DNA of 50,399 nt from an uncultured Victivallales bacterium. GTDB taxonomy: Bacteria > Verrucomicrobiota > Kiritimatiellia > UBA8416 > CAZWPN01. The notes beneath the pieces are model-generated. The model was not told the origin of the DNA. It searched no databases and was given only the letters and a program-made list of their open reading frames with translations. The stretch is taken from assembly GCA_964635275.1 (NCBI GenBank), contig CAZWPN010000008.1, positions 1-50,399 of the forward strand, read 5' to 3'. Positions 31,044 to 39,409 of this stretch are shown here, piece after piece (position 1 is the first letter of the stretch; the number at the start of each line of letters is the position of its first letter). Position numbers and translations under genes: made by a program.

Positions 31044-31880
31044 TTATCGGTTCCAGTATCCAAGGACCTTGGCTAGGAAGTCCCTCATCTCTCGTCGATC
31101 CACTATCTTGTCAATAAATCCGTGTTCCAAGGTGTACTCGGCGGTCTGGAAATCATCCGGAAGCTTTTGCTTGATCGTCTGCTCGATGACGCGTCGGCCT
31201 GCAAACCCGATGAGGGCACGCGGCTCGGCGATATTCAGGTCGCCGAGCATGGCGTAACTCGCGGAGACCCCACCGGTTGTGGGATCAGTCATTATCGATA
31301 TATAAGGAATACCAGCAGCGTTCAACTTGGCTATGCCAGCGCAGGTCTTGGCCATCTGCATGAGCGATACGATCCCCTCGTGCATGCGGGCACCGCCTGA
31401 GGCCGAGACAATAACGTAGGGGAGTTTGTGCTTCAGTGCGTACATGGCCCCGAGAAGAATCTTTTCGCCGGTGCCGCTGGCAAGACTGCCGCCCAGAAAT
31501 CGGAAGTCCATCACGGCGAGCATCAGGTGGATGTTGTTAATCTTGCCACGTCCGGTAACTACCGCTTCCTTGAGCCCTGTTTCCGCCTTGACCGATACAG
31601 CCTTGTCGGAATAGCTGCCTTTTGCATCCTTGAAATTCAGTGGGTCCGACGTTGTGACTTCGGAGAAAAGCTCTTTGAAACTGTTAGGGTCCAACAACAT
31701 TTGTATGCGTTCAGGGGCGGATAGCCGCTCGTGATACCCGCACTTGGGGCAAACCTTGAAAGTGGCAAGCCACTCATCCCTGTACATGTGGGCCTTACAA
31801 GAGTTGCAGATGGTCCAGATTTCCTTCGTTTCCTCTGGAACGACGACGGTATTGCTCTTGCTCCTGGTGAACCAACCCAT
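31044..31880 (-). CDS. accD: Acetyl-CoA carboxylase carboxyltransferase beta
   Basis: Zn ribbon CNSC..CPKC, MDFRFLGGS, SGGARMHEG, PTTGGVSAS, IGFAGRRVI, FQTAE. Confidence 0.97.
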   Translation of the reverse strand: MGWFTRSKSNTVVVPEETKEIWTICNSCKAHMYRDEWLATFKVCPKCGYHERLSAPERIQMLLDPNSFKELFSEVTTSDPLNFKDAKGSYSDKAVSVKAETGLKEAVVTGRGKINNIHLMLAVMDFRFLGGSLASGTGEKILLGAMYALKHKLPYVIVSASGGARMHEGIVSLMQMAKTCAGIAKLNAAGIPYISIMTDPTTGGVSASYAMLGDLNIAEPRALIGFAGRRVIEQTIKQKLPDDFQTAEYTLEHGFIDKIVDRREMRDFLAKVLGYWNR

Positions 31881-32026
31881 GGGGAACACGGCTCCTTTTT
31901 TTCTGCTTGGTCGGCATACTGGCCACTGTGAGCTCAGATTTCAAGAAGAAAAAGGCATGTATTGGAGTGTTTTTCGGGAACGGCGCTGAAATGGGCGCTA
32001 AATATACTCAAATTATGTTGCTGATG

Positions 32027-32055
32027 TTGCGAAACGGGGTGGGAATAGGTAGTAT
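32027..32055 (+). promoter_or_regulatory. Sigma70-like promoter of the rsmD-coaD-...-fab cluster
   Basis: TTGCGA-17 nt-TAGTAT; the rsmD GTG begins 7 nt after the -10 box. Confidence 0.5.
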
Positions 32056-32061
32056 TTTCGG

Positions 32062-32658
32062 GTGAGAATCACAGGTGGTAGTTTGAGGGGTCGAGAATTG
32101 AAGGTGCCGCGCAAGGGGGTCCGTCCGACTCAGGACAGGGTGCGGCAGGCGCTTTTTTCGATGCTGGGGGACCGTGTTGTTGGGTCTCGCTTTGCCGACA
32201 TTTATGCGGGGTCGGGCGCAGTGGGTCTGGAGGCGTGGAGTCGCGGGGCGGTTTCCGTATGTTGGGTGGAGAAAGACGAAAGGGTGTTTTCAGTTCTCAA
32301 AAGCAATGTGCTTGAGCTGTGCGGCCGCGAGGCCGTTCGGTTGGTGAACAGCAGTGCAAAACGCTTCATCGAACGGTCTTTATCCGACGAATTCGATCTA
32401 ATTTACTGTGACCCGCCCTACGAATTCGGCCCGGAAGAACTGCTCCAGGTTCAGGTTGCGTTGACGCATACCAAGATGCTGTCCCCACAAGGGTTGGCGG
32501 TGATGGAGGTCGGCGCGAGGTTGGATGTTCCGCTGTGCGGGTGCACGGTTATGGAGGATCGAACATACGGGGAGACAAGAATCCTGTTTCTTGGTTGCAT
32601 CCAGGGTCGTGAGCCGGCTGACAAAGAGTCCGGGGAAGGTGACGAGGATAAGAAATGA
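32062..32658 (+). CDS. rsmD: 16S rRNA (guanine966-N2)-methyltransferase
   Basis: MRITGG.LRGREL, RPTQDRVRQALF, YAGSGAVGLEA.SRGA, DPPY, YGET. Confidence 0.95.
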   Translation: MRITGGSLRGRELKVPRKGVRPTQDRVRQALFSMLGDRVVGSRFADIYAGSGAVGLEAWSRGAVSVCWVEKDERVFSVLKSNVLELCGREAVRLVNSSAKRFIERSLSDEFDLIYCDPPYEFGPEELLQVQVALTHTKMLSPQGLAVMEVGARLDVPLCGCTVMEDRTYGETRILFLGCIQGREPADKESGEGDEDKK

Positions 32659-33215
32659 AAACACTGGCGATTTATGCGGGGACATTTGACCCTATTACGT
32701 TGGGGCATCTTGATTTGATAGAGCGATCGGCAGAACTCTTTGAGCGCCTGATAGTTGCGGTTGCAGTTGATACCCCAAAGACACCGCTGTTCAGTCTCGA
32801 TGAACGGGTTGGCATGGTACGGGAAGCCGTGCAATCACGGTCCAATGTGGAGGTGGAGTCTTTTGACGGGCTTCTTATCGAGTACGCCAGACGACGAAAA
32901 TCCAGACTCCTTATACGCGGGCTAAGGGCATTCTCCGACTTCGAGTACGAGTTCCAGATGGCCCTGACCAACCGGAAGCTTGCGCCCGAGATTGAGACAG
33001 TTTTCATGATGCCGAAGGAGATACACAGCTACGTGAGGTCGTCTACTGTTAGAGAAGTGAGTCGCCTTGGTGGCAATGTGTCGGTCTTCGTGCCGACACC
33101 GGTCCAAAAGGCGCTTGAACGGCGCATGGCGCCGCACAGCCATGGGAAAGAGGCGGTAGGGGCTTCAGTCCGCCGCCGGAAGATTGTGAAAGCGTCGCAG
33201 ACAGGTGTGCGCTGA
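32655..33215 (+). CDS. coaD: Phosphopantetheine adenylyltransferase
   Basis: YAGTFDPITLGHLD, IRGLRAFSDFEYE, SSTVRE. Confidence 0.97.
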   Translation: MKTLAIYAGTFDPITLGHLDLIERSAELFERLIVAVAVDTPKTPLFSLDERVGMVREAVQSRSNVEVESFDGLLIEYARRRKSRLLIRGLRAFSDFEYEFQMALTNRKLAPEIETVFMMPKEIHSYVRSSTVREVSRLGGNVSVFVPTPVQKALERRMAPHSHGKEAVGASVRRRKIVKASQTGVR

Positions 33216-33241
33216 GTGGGGTGAGTTCGTCGAGATGAGGT

Positions 33242-33709
33242 GTGCCCGTGATCATAGACTTGGCCAGGTTAAGCGAGGAGGGTGAGCGCTTCACAGGGGA
33301 AGAGCCGTCCGAGATTCTTCAACTGGTGGATGACGCATCGGTTCAGGTTGTGGAGGGGATACACTTCGACCTCACTGCGGTGCGGATGGACCGCGAACTG
33401 CTGGTTCGCGGCCGCATCTGGACGAGAGCGGTATGCCTGTGCACTCGGTGTGGAACCCCTGCTCCACACGACGTGGAGGAGGGGCGATTCGTAGAGTCCT
33501 ACGAATTGGCCGAGGGCACGGAATTTCTGGACTTGACCCCTGATATTCGTGAAAGTATCCTCCTGAGTTTTCCGACGTACCCCCTGTGCGGTGTCGGGTG
33601 CAAGGGGTTGTGTCCGCAGTGCGGAGCGAATTGGAACCGGCGCAGGTGTCGGTGCAAAGAGCCGTCGGACAATCGGTGGAGTGCGCTGGATAGTCTTAAG
33701 GTGGAGTGA
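33242..33709 (+). CDS. yceD: YceD/DUF177 family metal-binding protein
   Basis: CTRC, LDLTPDIRE, C...CKGLCPQCG.N...C.C, RWSAL; canonical position before rpmF. Confidence 0.9.
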   Translation: MPVIIDLARLSEEGERFTGEEPSEILQLVDDASVQVVEGIHFDLTAVRMDRELLVRGRIWTRAVCLCTRCGTPAPHDVEEGRFVESYELAEGTEFLDLTPDIRESILLSFPTYPLCGVGCKGLCPQCGANWNRRRCRCKEPSDNRWSALDSLKVE

Positions 33710-33773
33710 GAACGGGCGCGTAGCGGTCTACCTGCTTATCGCTCATGATGGGTTGACCGGATAAGGAGATACA

Positions 33774-33956
33774 ATGGCTGTACCGAAGAGAAAAACGTCA
33801 AAGATGAAGATAAGGACGCGCAAAGCGTCTCACAGGCGAGTTGTAACGGCCACGTCGCCGTGTCCCAACTGCCAGGCGCCCCGCAGACCTCACCGGGTGT
33901 GTCCCTCGTGCGGATACTATCGCGGGCGTCAGGTGGTTACGGTCGAGACAGCCTAG
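33774..33956 (+). CDS. rpmF: 50S ribosomal protein bL32 (Zn-ribbon form)
   Basis: MAVPKRKTSK..R.RK; CPNC..PHRVCPSCGYYRG; AAGGAG RBS. Confidence 0.97.
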   Translation: MAVPKRKTSKMKIRTRKASHRRVVTATSPCPNCQAPRRPHRVCPSCGYYRGRQVVTVETA

Positions 33957-33958
33957 CC

Positions 33959-34966
33959 ATGCGGATTGCCGTTGACGCCATGGGGGGCGATCATGCTCCC
34001 CGCGAGATTGTTCTGGGCGCAGTGAAGGCGGCAAGGGAGCTGCCGGATCTGACCAGCGTTATTCTGGTAGGCGACAGCGCGGCGATTCAGTGTGAACTGG
34101 ATGCCGGCGGTGGGACTCCTGACAACGTGGTGATTCTGCATGCCGCCGAGGTTATTGGCATGGACGAATCGCCGGCGCAGGCGATTCGGCGCAAGCGGGA
34201 TTCATCAATCAGCCGTGCGATGGAACTGGTGAAGCGTGGGGAAGCCGATGCGATGGTTTCGGCCGGAAATACCGGCGCTTTGGTAGTGGCCGCAACCTTG
34301 ATGTTGCGCACTCTTAAGGGGGTGGACCGGCCGGCTATTGCCGCTGTCATGCCCACGCGCAAGGGCCCGTTTGTTCTGGTCGATGCCGGAGCCAATCCGG
34401 AGTGCGATGCGTCATTATTGCGGCAGTTCGCTGTGATGGGTGAGCTGTACGCGCGGGTCATACTTGGCAAAGCTAACCCGGTAGTCGGGTTGCTGGGCAT
34501 CGGGGTGGAGGCATCAAAGGGTAACGAGGTTACGCGCGAAGCCTTCGGGTTGCTTAAGAGCACACGGATTAACTTCAAGGGTAATGTCGAGGGACACGAC
34601 CTTTTCGAAGGCGATGTCGATGTGGTGGTGTGCGACGGGTTTACGGGCAATGTGGTTCTGAAGACATCCGAGAGCGCGGCTCGGGCGATTTCCCACTGGA
34701 TGCGGCAGGAGTTCACCAGAACCCCGATTCGCAAATTCGGGGCTTTGTTGCTGAGCGGTGCGCGAAAGAGTATGAAGGCGCGAATGGATCCCGAGATGTA
34801 CGGTGGTGCTCCGTTGCTTGGCGTAAACGGCATCTGCATCAAGATTCATGGCGGATCTTCGCGGAGGGCGGCGTTCCACGGCATTCGGGTGGCCTGCGCG
34901 TCGGCGCATGAGCATCTGAATGACATGATTGAAAAAGGAATAGCGGACAGTTCGAGGGCGCAATGA
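33959..34966 (+). CDS. plsX: Phosphate acyltransferase
   Basis: MRIAVDAMGGDHAP, SAGNTGA, DRPAIA, GNVEG, CDGFTGN, GGAPLLGVNG. Confidence 0.97.
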   Translation: MRIAVDAMGGDHAPREIVLGAVKAARELPDLTSVILVGDSAAIQCELDAGGGTPDNVVILHAAEVIGMDESPAQAIRRKRDSSISRAMELVKRGEADAMVSAGNTGALVVAATLMLRTLKGVDRPAIAAVMPTRKGPFVLVDAGANPECDASLLRQFAVMGELYARVILGKANPVVGLLGIGVEASKGNEVTREAFGLLKSTRINFKGNVEGHDLFEGDVDVVVCDGFTGNVVLKTSESAARAISHWMRQEFTRTPIRKFGALLLSGARKSMKARMDPEMYGGAPLLGVNGICIKIHGGSSRRAAFHGIRVACASAHEHLNDMIEKGIADSSRAQ

Positions 34967-35964
34967 ACGGAGTATCAAAGCAGGGAATCAAGGCGGCCAT
35001 TGTGGGGACCGGGTCCTACTTGCCGGAGCGTATCCTTTCCAATGCGGAACTGGAGAAGAGTGTCGACACAACCGACGAGTGGATTGTGACTCGCACTGGC
35101 ATACGAACTCGGCACATTGCGCGTGATGACGAAGCTACATCGGACATGGCAGCCTTGGCTGCGCAGCGGGCCATCGAAAGCGCTGGGATCAACCCGATGG
35201 ACATCGGCCTTCTGCTGGTGGCCACCGTAACCCCGGACATGCCTTTCCCAAGTACGGCGTGTTTTGTGCAGGAGAAGATCAAGGCGAAGAATGCGGTATG
35301 TTTCGATGTTGAGGCAGCGTGCTCCGGTTTTCTTTTTGCGGTGGAAACGGCCCGCCAGTACATTGAGAATGGGACTTACAGCACTGCGCTGGTGATAGGC
35401 GCGGAGAAATTGAGCGTTATTACCGACTGGAAGGATAGGGCGACATGCGTCCTGTTCGGTGACGGCGCCGGAGCCGTGGTGCTGCGGCGCAGTGAGACGG
35501 GAACCGGGATTCTTGGGAGTGTTATGGGTTCGGACGGAGCGCTAACAGCTCTCCTTAATGTTCCAGGCGGCGGGAGCCGTAATCCCATCAGTACATCCAT
35601 GATCGAGCAACGGCTGCCCTTCATCAGGATGACCGGGAATGAGGTTTTCAAGCACGCGGTGCGCTGCATGTGCGACGCCGCTCAGCGGGCGGTGGCTGCG
35701 TCGGGCCATACTATAGGAGATGTTGACTGGGTTGTTCCTCACCAGGCCAACATGCGGATTGTCCAGGCAATTGCCGACCGGCTAGGCGACGCAATGCCAA
35801 AATTCATCGTTAACCTGGATCGCGTGGGGAACATGTCTGCTGCCTCCATACCCGTGGCCCTTGACGAAGCGGTGCGGGCTGGCAGGATACAGCCTGGGCA
35901 TAAAGTTCTTTTCGTGGCGTTTGGCGGCGGGTTTACGTGGGGTGCCTCTCTGATTCAATGGTAG
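34963..35964 (+). CDS. fabH: Beta-ketoacyl-ACP synthase III
   Basis: WIVTRTGI, AACSGF, LFGDGAGA, PHQAN, GNMSAAS, GGGFTWG. Confidence 0.97.
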   Translation: MNGVSKQGIKAAIVGTGSYLPERILSNAELEKSVDTTDEWIVTRTGIRTRHIARDDEATSDMAALAAQRAIESAGINPMDIGLLLVATVTPDMPFPSTACFVQEKIKAKNAVCFDVEAACSGFLFAVETARQYIENGTYSTALVIGAEKLSVITDWKDRATCVLFGDGAGAVVLRRSETGTGILGSVMGSDGALTALLNVPGGGSRNPISTSMIEQRLPFIRMTGNEVFKHAVRCMCDAAQRAVAASGHTIGDVDWVVPHQANMRIVQAIADRLGDAMPKFIVNLDRVGNMSAASIPVALDEAVRAGRIQPGHKVLFVAFGGGFTWGASLIQW

Positions 35965-35977
35965 ATGGAGAATCGCA

Positions 35978-36904
35978 ATGACAAATAGGGCGATGGTGTT
36001 TGCGGGGCAGGGCGCGCAGTTCGTGGGAATGGGCAAGGACTTGGCCGATGCATATCCTGCCTGTGCTGCGCTGTTCAAGAAGGCGGATGATGTTCTGGGC
36101 TACTCGCTTTCGAGTCTGTGTTTCGCGGGGCCAGTTGAAGCGCTGACGAAATCCAACGTGTGTCAGCCGGCGATCTTTGTGACGAGCGCGGTCTGTCGCG
36201 CAGCGCTCCTTGAACGGAAGCCTGCCCTTGAATGGGTCGGGTTGGCGGGCCTGAGTTTAGGCGAATGGTCGGCGCTCTATGCTGGTGGCGTACTGAGTTT
36301 TGAAGACACGCTTCGGGTTCTGGAGGCTAGGGGGCGGTTCATGCAGGAGGCGTGCGAGGAGAACCCGGGTGGTATGGTCAGCGTGATGGGGCTTGCGGAG
36401 GAAAAACTTCGCTCTGTGTGCGCTGCGACAGGCGTCGAAGTGGCCAACCTGAACTCGGCAGACCAGATTGTGTTGTCTGGACCGAAGGCGGCGATCGCCG
36501 AGGCCGAAAAGGCGGCTCAGGCGGCTGGCGCCAAGAAGACGGTGGTGCTCAGCGTGGCAGGAGCCTTTCATTCGCCTCTCATGGCGTCGGCTGCGAAAAA
36601 ACTGGAGGCCACGCTTGACTCTGTGGCGATGAGGGCGCCTGGGATTACTGTGCTGTCAAACGTAACTGGTCAACCGCATGGCGGAACGGAGTCCATTAAG
36701 GAAGCCATGGTGCGGCAGGTGTGCGGGACGGTCCGGTGGGCGGATTGTATAGAATGGTTTAGGCAGCATGGGACGACCGGGTACGTGGAGTGTGGACCAG
36801 GCAGGGTCCTGAGCGGGTTGATCAAGCGTGTGGATGGAATCGCCGCACTTGCTAATGTGCAGGACAGGCCCTCGCTTGACAAGGCGGCAGAATCACTGGC
36901 GTGA
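35978..36904 (+). CDS. fabD: Malonyl-CoA:ACP transacylase
   Basis: FAGQGAQ.VGMG, QPAI, GLSLGE, RGRFM, GAFHS, ECGPG. Confidence 0.97.
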   Translation: MTNRAMVFAGQGAQFVGMGKDLADAYPACAALFKKADDVLGYSLSSLCFAGPVEALTKSNVCQPAIFVTSAVCRAALLERKPALEWVGLAGLSLGEWSALYAGGVLSFEDTLRVLEARGRFMQEACEENPGGMVSVMGLAEEKLRSVCAATGVEVANLNSADQIVLSGPKAAIAEAEKAAQAAGAKKTVVLSVAGAFHSPLMASAAKKLEATLDSVAMRAPGITVLSNVTGQPHGGTESIKEAMVRQVCGTVRWADCIEWFRQHGTTGYVECGPGRVLSGLIKRVDGIAALANVQDRPSLDKAAESLA

Positions 36905-36933
36905 GTATTGATCGTGACACGGAGGTTGGCGAT

Positions 36934-37677
36934 ATGGGAATACTTGACGGTAAGGTGGCTGTGGTGACTGGAGCGGCCCGTGGAATCGGGCGCGCGATTG
37001 CGGAGTCGTTAGCGGATGCCGGCGCGGACGTTGCCGTATGCGATATTCAGGAGGCTTGGTTGGCCGATACGGCGGCAGCCTTGGCGGCCCGTTCGCGCCG
37101 AACGCTTACCCTGGCCGTGGACGTCGGCAATGCCGAGGCTGTTAATGCTGCCGTGGCTCGGGTTATCGAGACATTCGGCAGGGTTGACATCATGGTTAAC
37201 AATGCCGGGATTACGAAGGACGGCTTGCTGGTTCGGATGTCCGACGAAGACTGGGATGCCGTCATAAACGTGAACCTGAAAGGAACCTTTCTGTTTACGA
37301 GGGCCGTTGCCAAGCCCATGATGAAACAGCGTAGCGGAGTGATTGTCAATATTGCCTCAATTATTGGCTTGATCGGCAACGCCGGGCAGTGTAATTATTC
37401 CGCCTCGAAGGCAGGGGTGATTGCATTGACCAAGTCGAGCGCAAAGGAGCTGGCGTCTCGAAACATACGCGTCAATGCCGTGGCGCCGGGGTTCATCGAG
37501 TCGAAGATGACTGAAGCGCTGTCGGAAGAAATCCGCAAGAAAATGTTGGATACCATTCCTATGCAGCGCTTTGGAACGCCGGGTGACGTGGCCAATGCCG
37601 TAGTGTTCCTGTCGGGGGATTCGTCGTCGTACCTTACAGGGCAGGTGATCAACGTGAACGGCGGAATGGTGATGTGA
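36934..37677 (+). CDS. fabG: 3-oxoacyl-ACP reductase
   Basis: [27 protein letters not shown]; GGAGG RBS before ATG 36934. Confidence 0.96.
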   Translation: MGILDGKVAVVTGAARGIGRAIAESLADAGADVAVCDIQEAWLADTAAALAARSRRTLTLAVDVGNAEAVNAAVARVIETFGRVDIMVNNAGITKDGLLVRMSDEDWDAVINVNLKGTFLFTRAVAKPMMKQRSGVIVNIASIIGLIGNAGQCNYSASKAGVIALTKSSAKELASRNIRVNAVAPGFIESKMTEALSEEIRKKMLDTIPMQRFGTPGDVANAVVFLSGDSSSYLTGQVINVNGGMVM

Positions 37678-37731
37678 GTGAGGTTTGGGAGAGTAGGGGG
37701 GTAGGTTAACCTTAAGGAAGGAGCTAGGATT

Positions 37732-37971
37732 ATGGCGCTTGAAGACAAAGTGAAGGAGATCATTGTAGAACAGTTGGGAGTCAATGCCGATCAGGTGACT
37801 CCAGAGGCATCCTTTACAGAGGATCTTGGTGCGGATTCGCTCGATACAGTGGAACTCGTCATGGCGTTCGAAGAGGAGTTTGGCCAGGAGATTCCTGACG
37901 AGGAAGCTGAGAAGCTGAAGACTGTTGGAACGGTGATCGAGTATCTCAAGGGTAAGGGCATAACGGCCTAA
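37732..37971 (+). CDS. acpP: Acyl carrier protein
   Basis: [21 protein letters not shown]; acidic 79-aa protein. Confidence 0.98.
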   Translation: MALEDKVKEIIVEQLGVNADQVTPEASFTEDLGADSLDTVELVMAFEEEFGQEIPDEEAEKLKTVGTVIEYLKGKGITA

Positions 37972-37991
37972 CGATTTCTCACGAGGCGATG

Positions 37992-38027
37992 GACCGAAGC
38001 ATGCCCCGGCTGGCGGCTTCGGTCTTT
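37992..38027 (+). terminator. Stem-loop between acpP and fabF (partial terminator or mRNA stabiliser)
   Basis: GACCGAAGC (37992-38000) pairs with GCTTCGGTC (38016-38024), followed by TTT. Confidence 0.55.
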
Positions 38028-38055
38028 CGCTAGTGGGTGGGACGACGTCTGAAAC

Positions 38056-39297
38056 ATGAGAAAAGCAGTAATAACCGGCATAGGGGTGGTTACGCCGTTG
38101 GGATGCGACACCAAGGTGTTTTGGGATCGTATCAAGGCTGGGCAGTCCGGCATCAAGCGAATCACCAAATTTGATACAACGGCCTACGACAGCAAGATTG
38201 CGGGGGAGGTGGAGGGGTTCGACCCTCTGAAGTTCATCGAGAAGAAGGAACTTCGGCGGATGGACGAGTTCTGCCACTATATACTTGCCTGCTCGAAGAT
38301 GGCTATTGCTGACTCAGGCCTGAACCTTGCAGTCGAGACGCCGGAGCGCATCGGAGTTGTTGCCGGTTCTGGAATAGGAGGACTTCAGACGCTTCAGACC
38401 CAGCACACTGTCCTGAAAGAGAAGGGGCCTGGGCGCTGTTCGCCTTTCATGATTCCCATGATGATTCCGAACATTGCTGCTGGTTTGGTAGCGATCCAGA
38501 GCGGTCTGAAGGGGCCGAATTTCGCGATCGTCACCGCTTGCGCGACCGCCGCACATTCCGTGGGGGAAGCGCTTAAGTTGATCCAGCGCAACGACGCCGA
38601 CATCATACTTGCTGGCGCTTCAGAGGCGTGCGTCTGCGAGCTTGGTGTGGCCGGATTCTGTGCTATGGGCGCTTTGTGTACGACGTCCAACGACGATCCT
38701 ACCAAAGCCAGTCGTCCGTTTGATGCCAACCGGTCCGGCTTCGTTATGGGCGAAGGCGGGGCGATGCTTGTGGTGGAGGAGTATGAGCATGCGCGTAGGC
38801 GCAACGCGACGATCTACTGCGAGTTGTCTGGTTTCGGCATGACGTGTGATGCCTTCCATATTACCGCTCCGGCGGATGATGGAGCAGGCGCCGCCCGCGC
38901 AATGACACTGGCTATGGCAGACGCCGCACTTTGTCCGGGCGACGTTGACTATATCAACGCCCATGGTACGAGCACAAATCTGAACGACAAGATTGAGACA
39001 CGTGCAATAAAGACGGCGCTGGGCGAGGCCAGGGCTCGCCAGATCATGGTTAGTTCCACAAAGTCCATGACCGGGCATCTGCTTGGTGCAGCGGCTGGCA
39101 TAGAGCTGGCGGTATGCGCGATGGCGCTTCGCGATGGGATTGTGCCGCCGACCATCAACTATGAGACACCGGATCCCGACTGCGATTTGGACTATGTGCC
39201 GAATGCGGCGCGCAACGTGCCCATCCGGGCATGCCTGAAGAATTCGCTGGGCTTTGGCGGGCATAATGCCTGCGTGGCCTTGCGGAAACTGGCGTAG
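38056..39297 (+). CDS. fabF: Beta-ketoacyl-ACP synthase II
   Basis: VITGIG.VTPLG, TACATA, NAHGTST, KSMTGHLLGAA, NSLGFGGHN. Confidence 0.97.
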   Translation: MRKAVITGIGVVTPLGCDTKVFWDRIKAGQSGIKRITKFDTTAYDSKIAGEVEGFDPLKFIEKKELRRMDEFCHYILACSKMAIADSGLNLAVETPERIGVVAGSGIGGLQTLQTQHTVLKEKGPGRCSPFMIPMMIPNIAAGLVAIQSGLKGPNFAIVTACATAAHSVGEALKLIQRNDADIILAGASEACVCELGVAGFCAMGALCTTSNDDPTKASRPFDANRSGFVMGEGGAMLVVEEYEHARRRNATIYCELSGFGMTCDAFHITAPADDGAGAARAMTLAMADAALCPGDVDYINAHGTSTNLNDKIETRAIKTALGEARARQIMVSSTKSMTGHLLGAAAGIELAVCAMALRDGIVPPTINYETPDPDCDLDYVPNAARNVPIRACLKNSLGFGGHNACVALRKLA

Positions 39298-39318
39298 GCA
39301 TTGTAGCAATGTGCGGGA

Positions 39319-39352
39319 GAGCGGTGTTCTCGGACGCCGCTTTATCTGTTTT
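39319..39352 (+). terminator. Probable intrinsic terminator of the fab operon
   Basis: GAGCGGTGT-TCTCGG-ACGCCGCTT followed by TATCTGTTTT. Confidence 0.55.
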
Positions 39353-39409
39353 GCTGTTGTGAGTCCATGGTCTAGCCATTGTTAGACCGTTAATGGCAGG
39401 TGGTGTTCT

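Noticed and set aside
39298-39409. T-box leader for ileS
   Set aside because: The region is short, contains the fab terminator, and GGTGG is not followed by the T-box NACC consensus.
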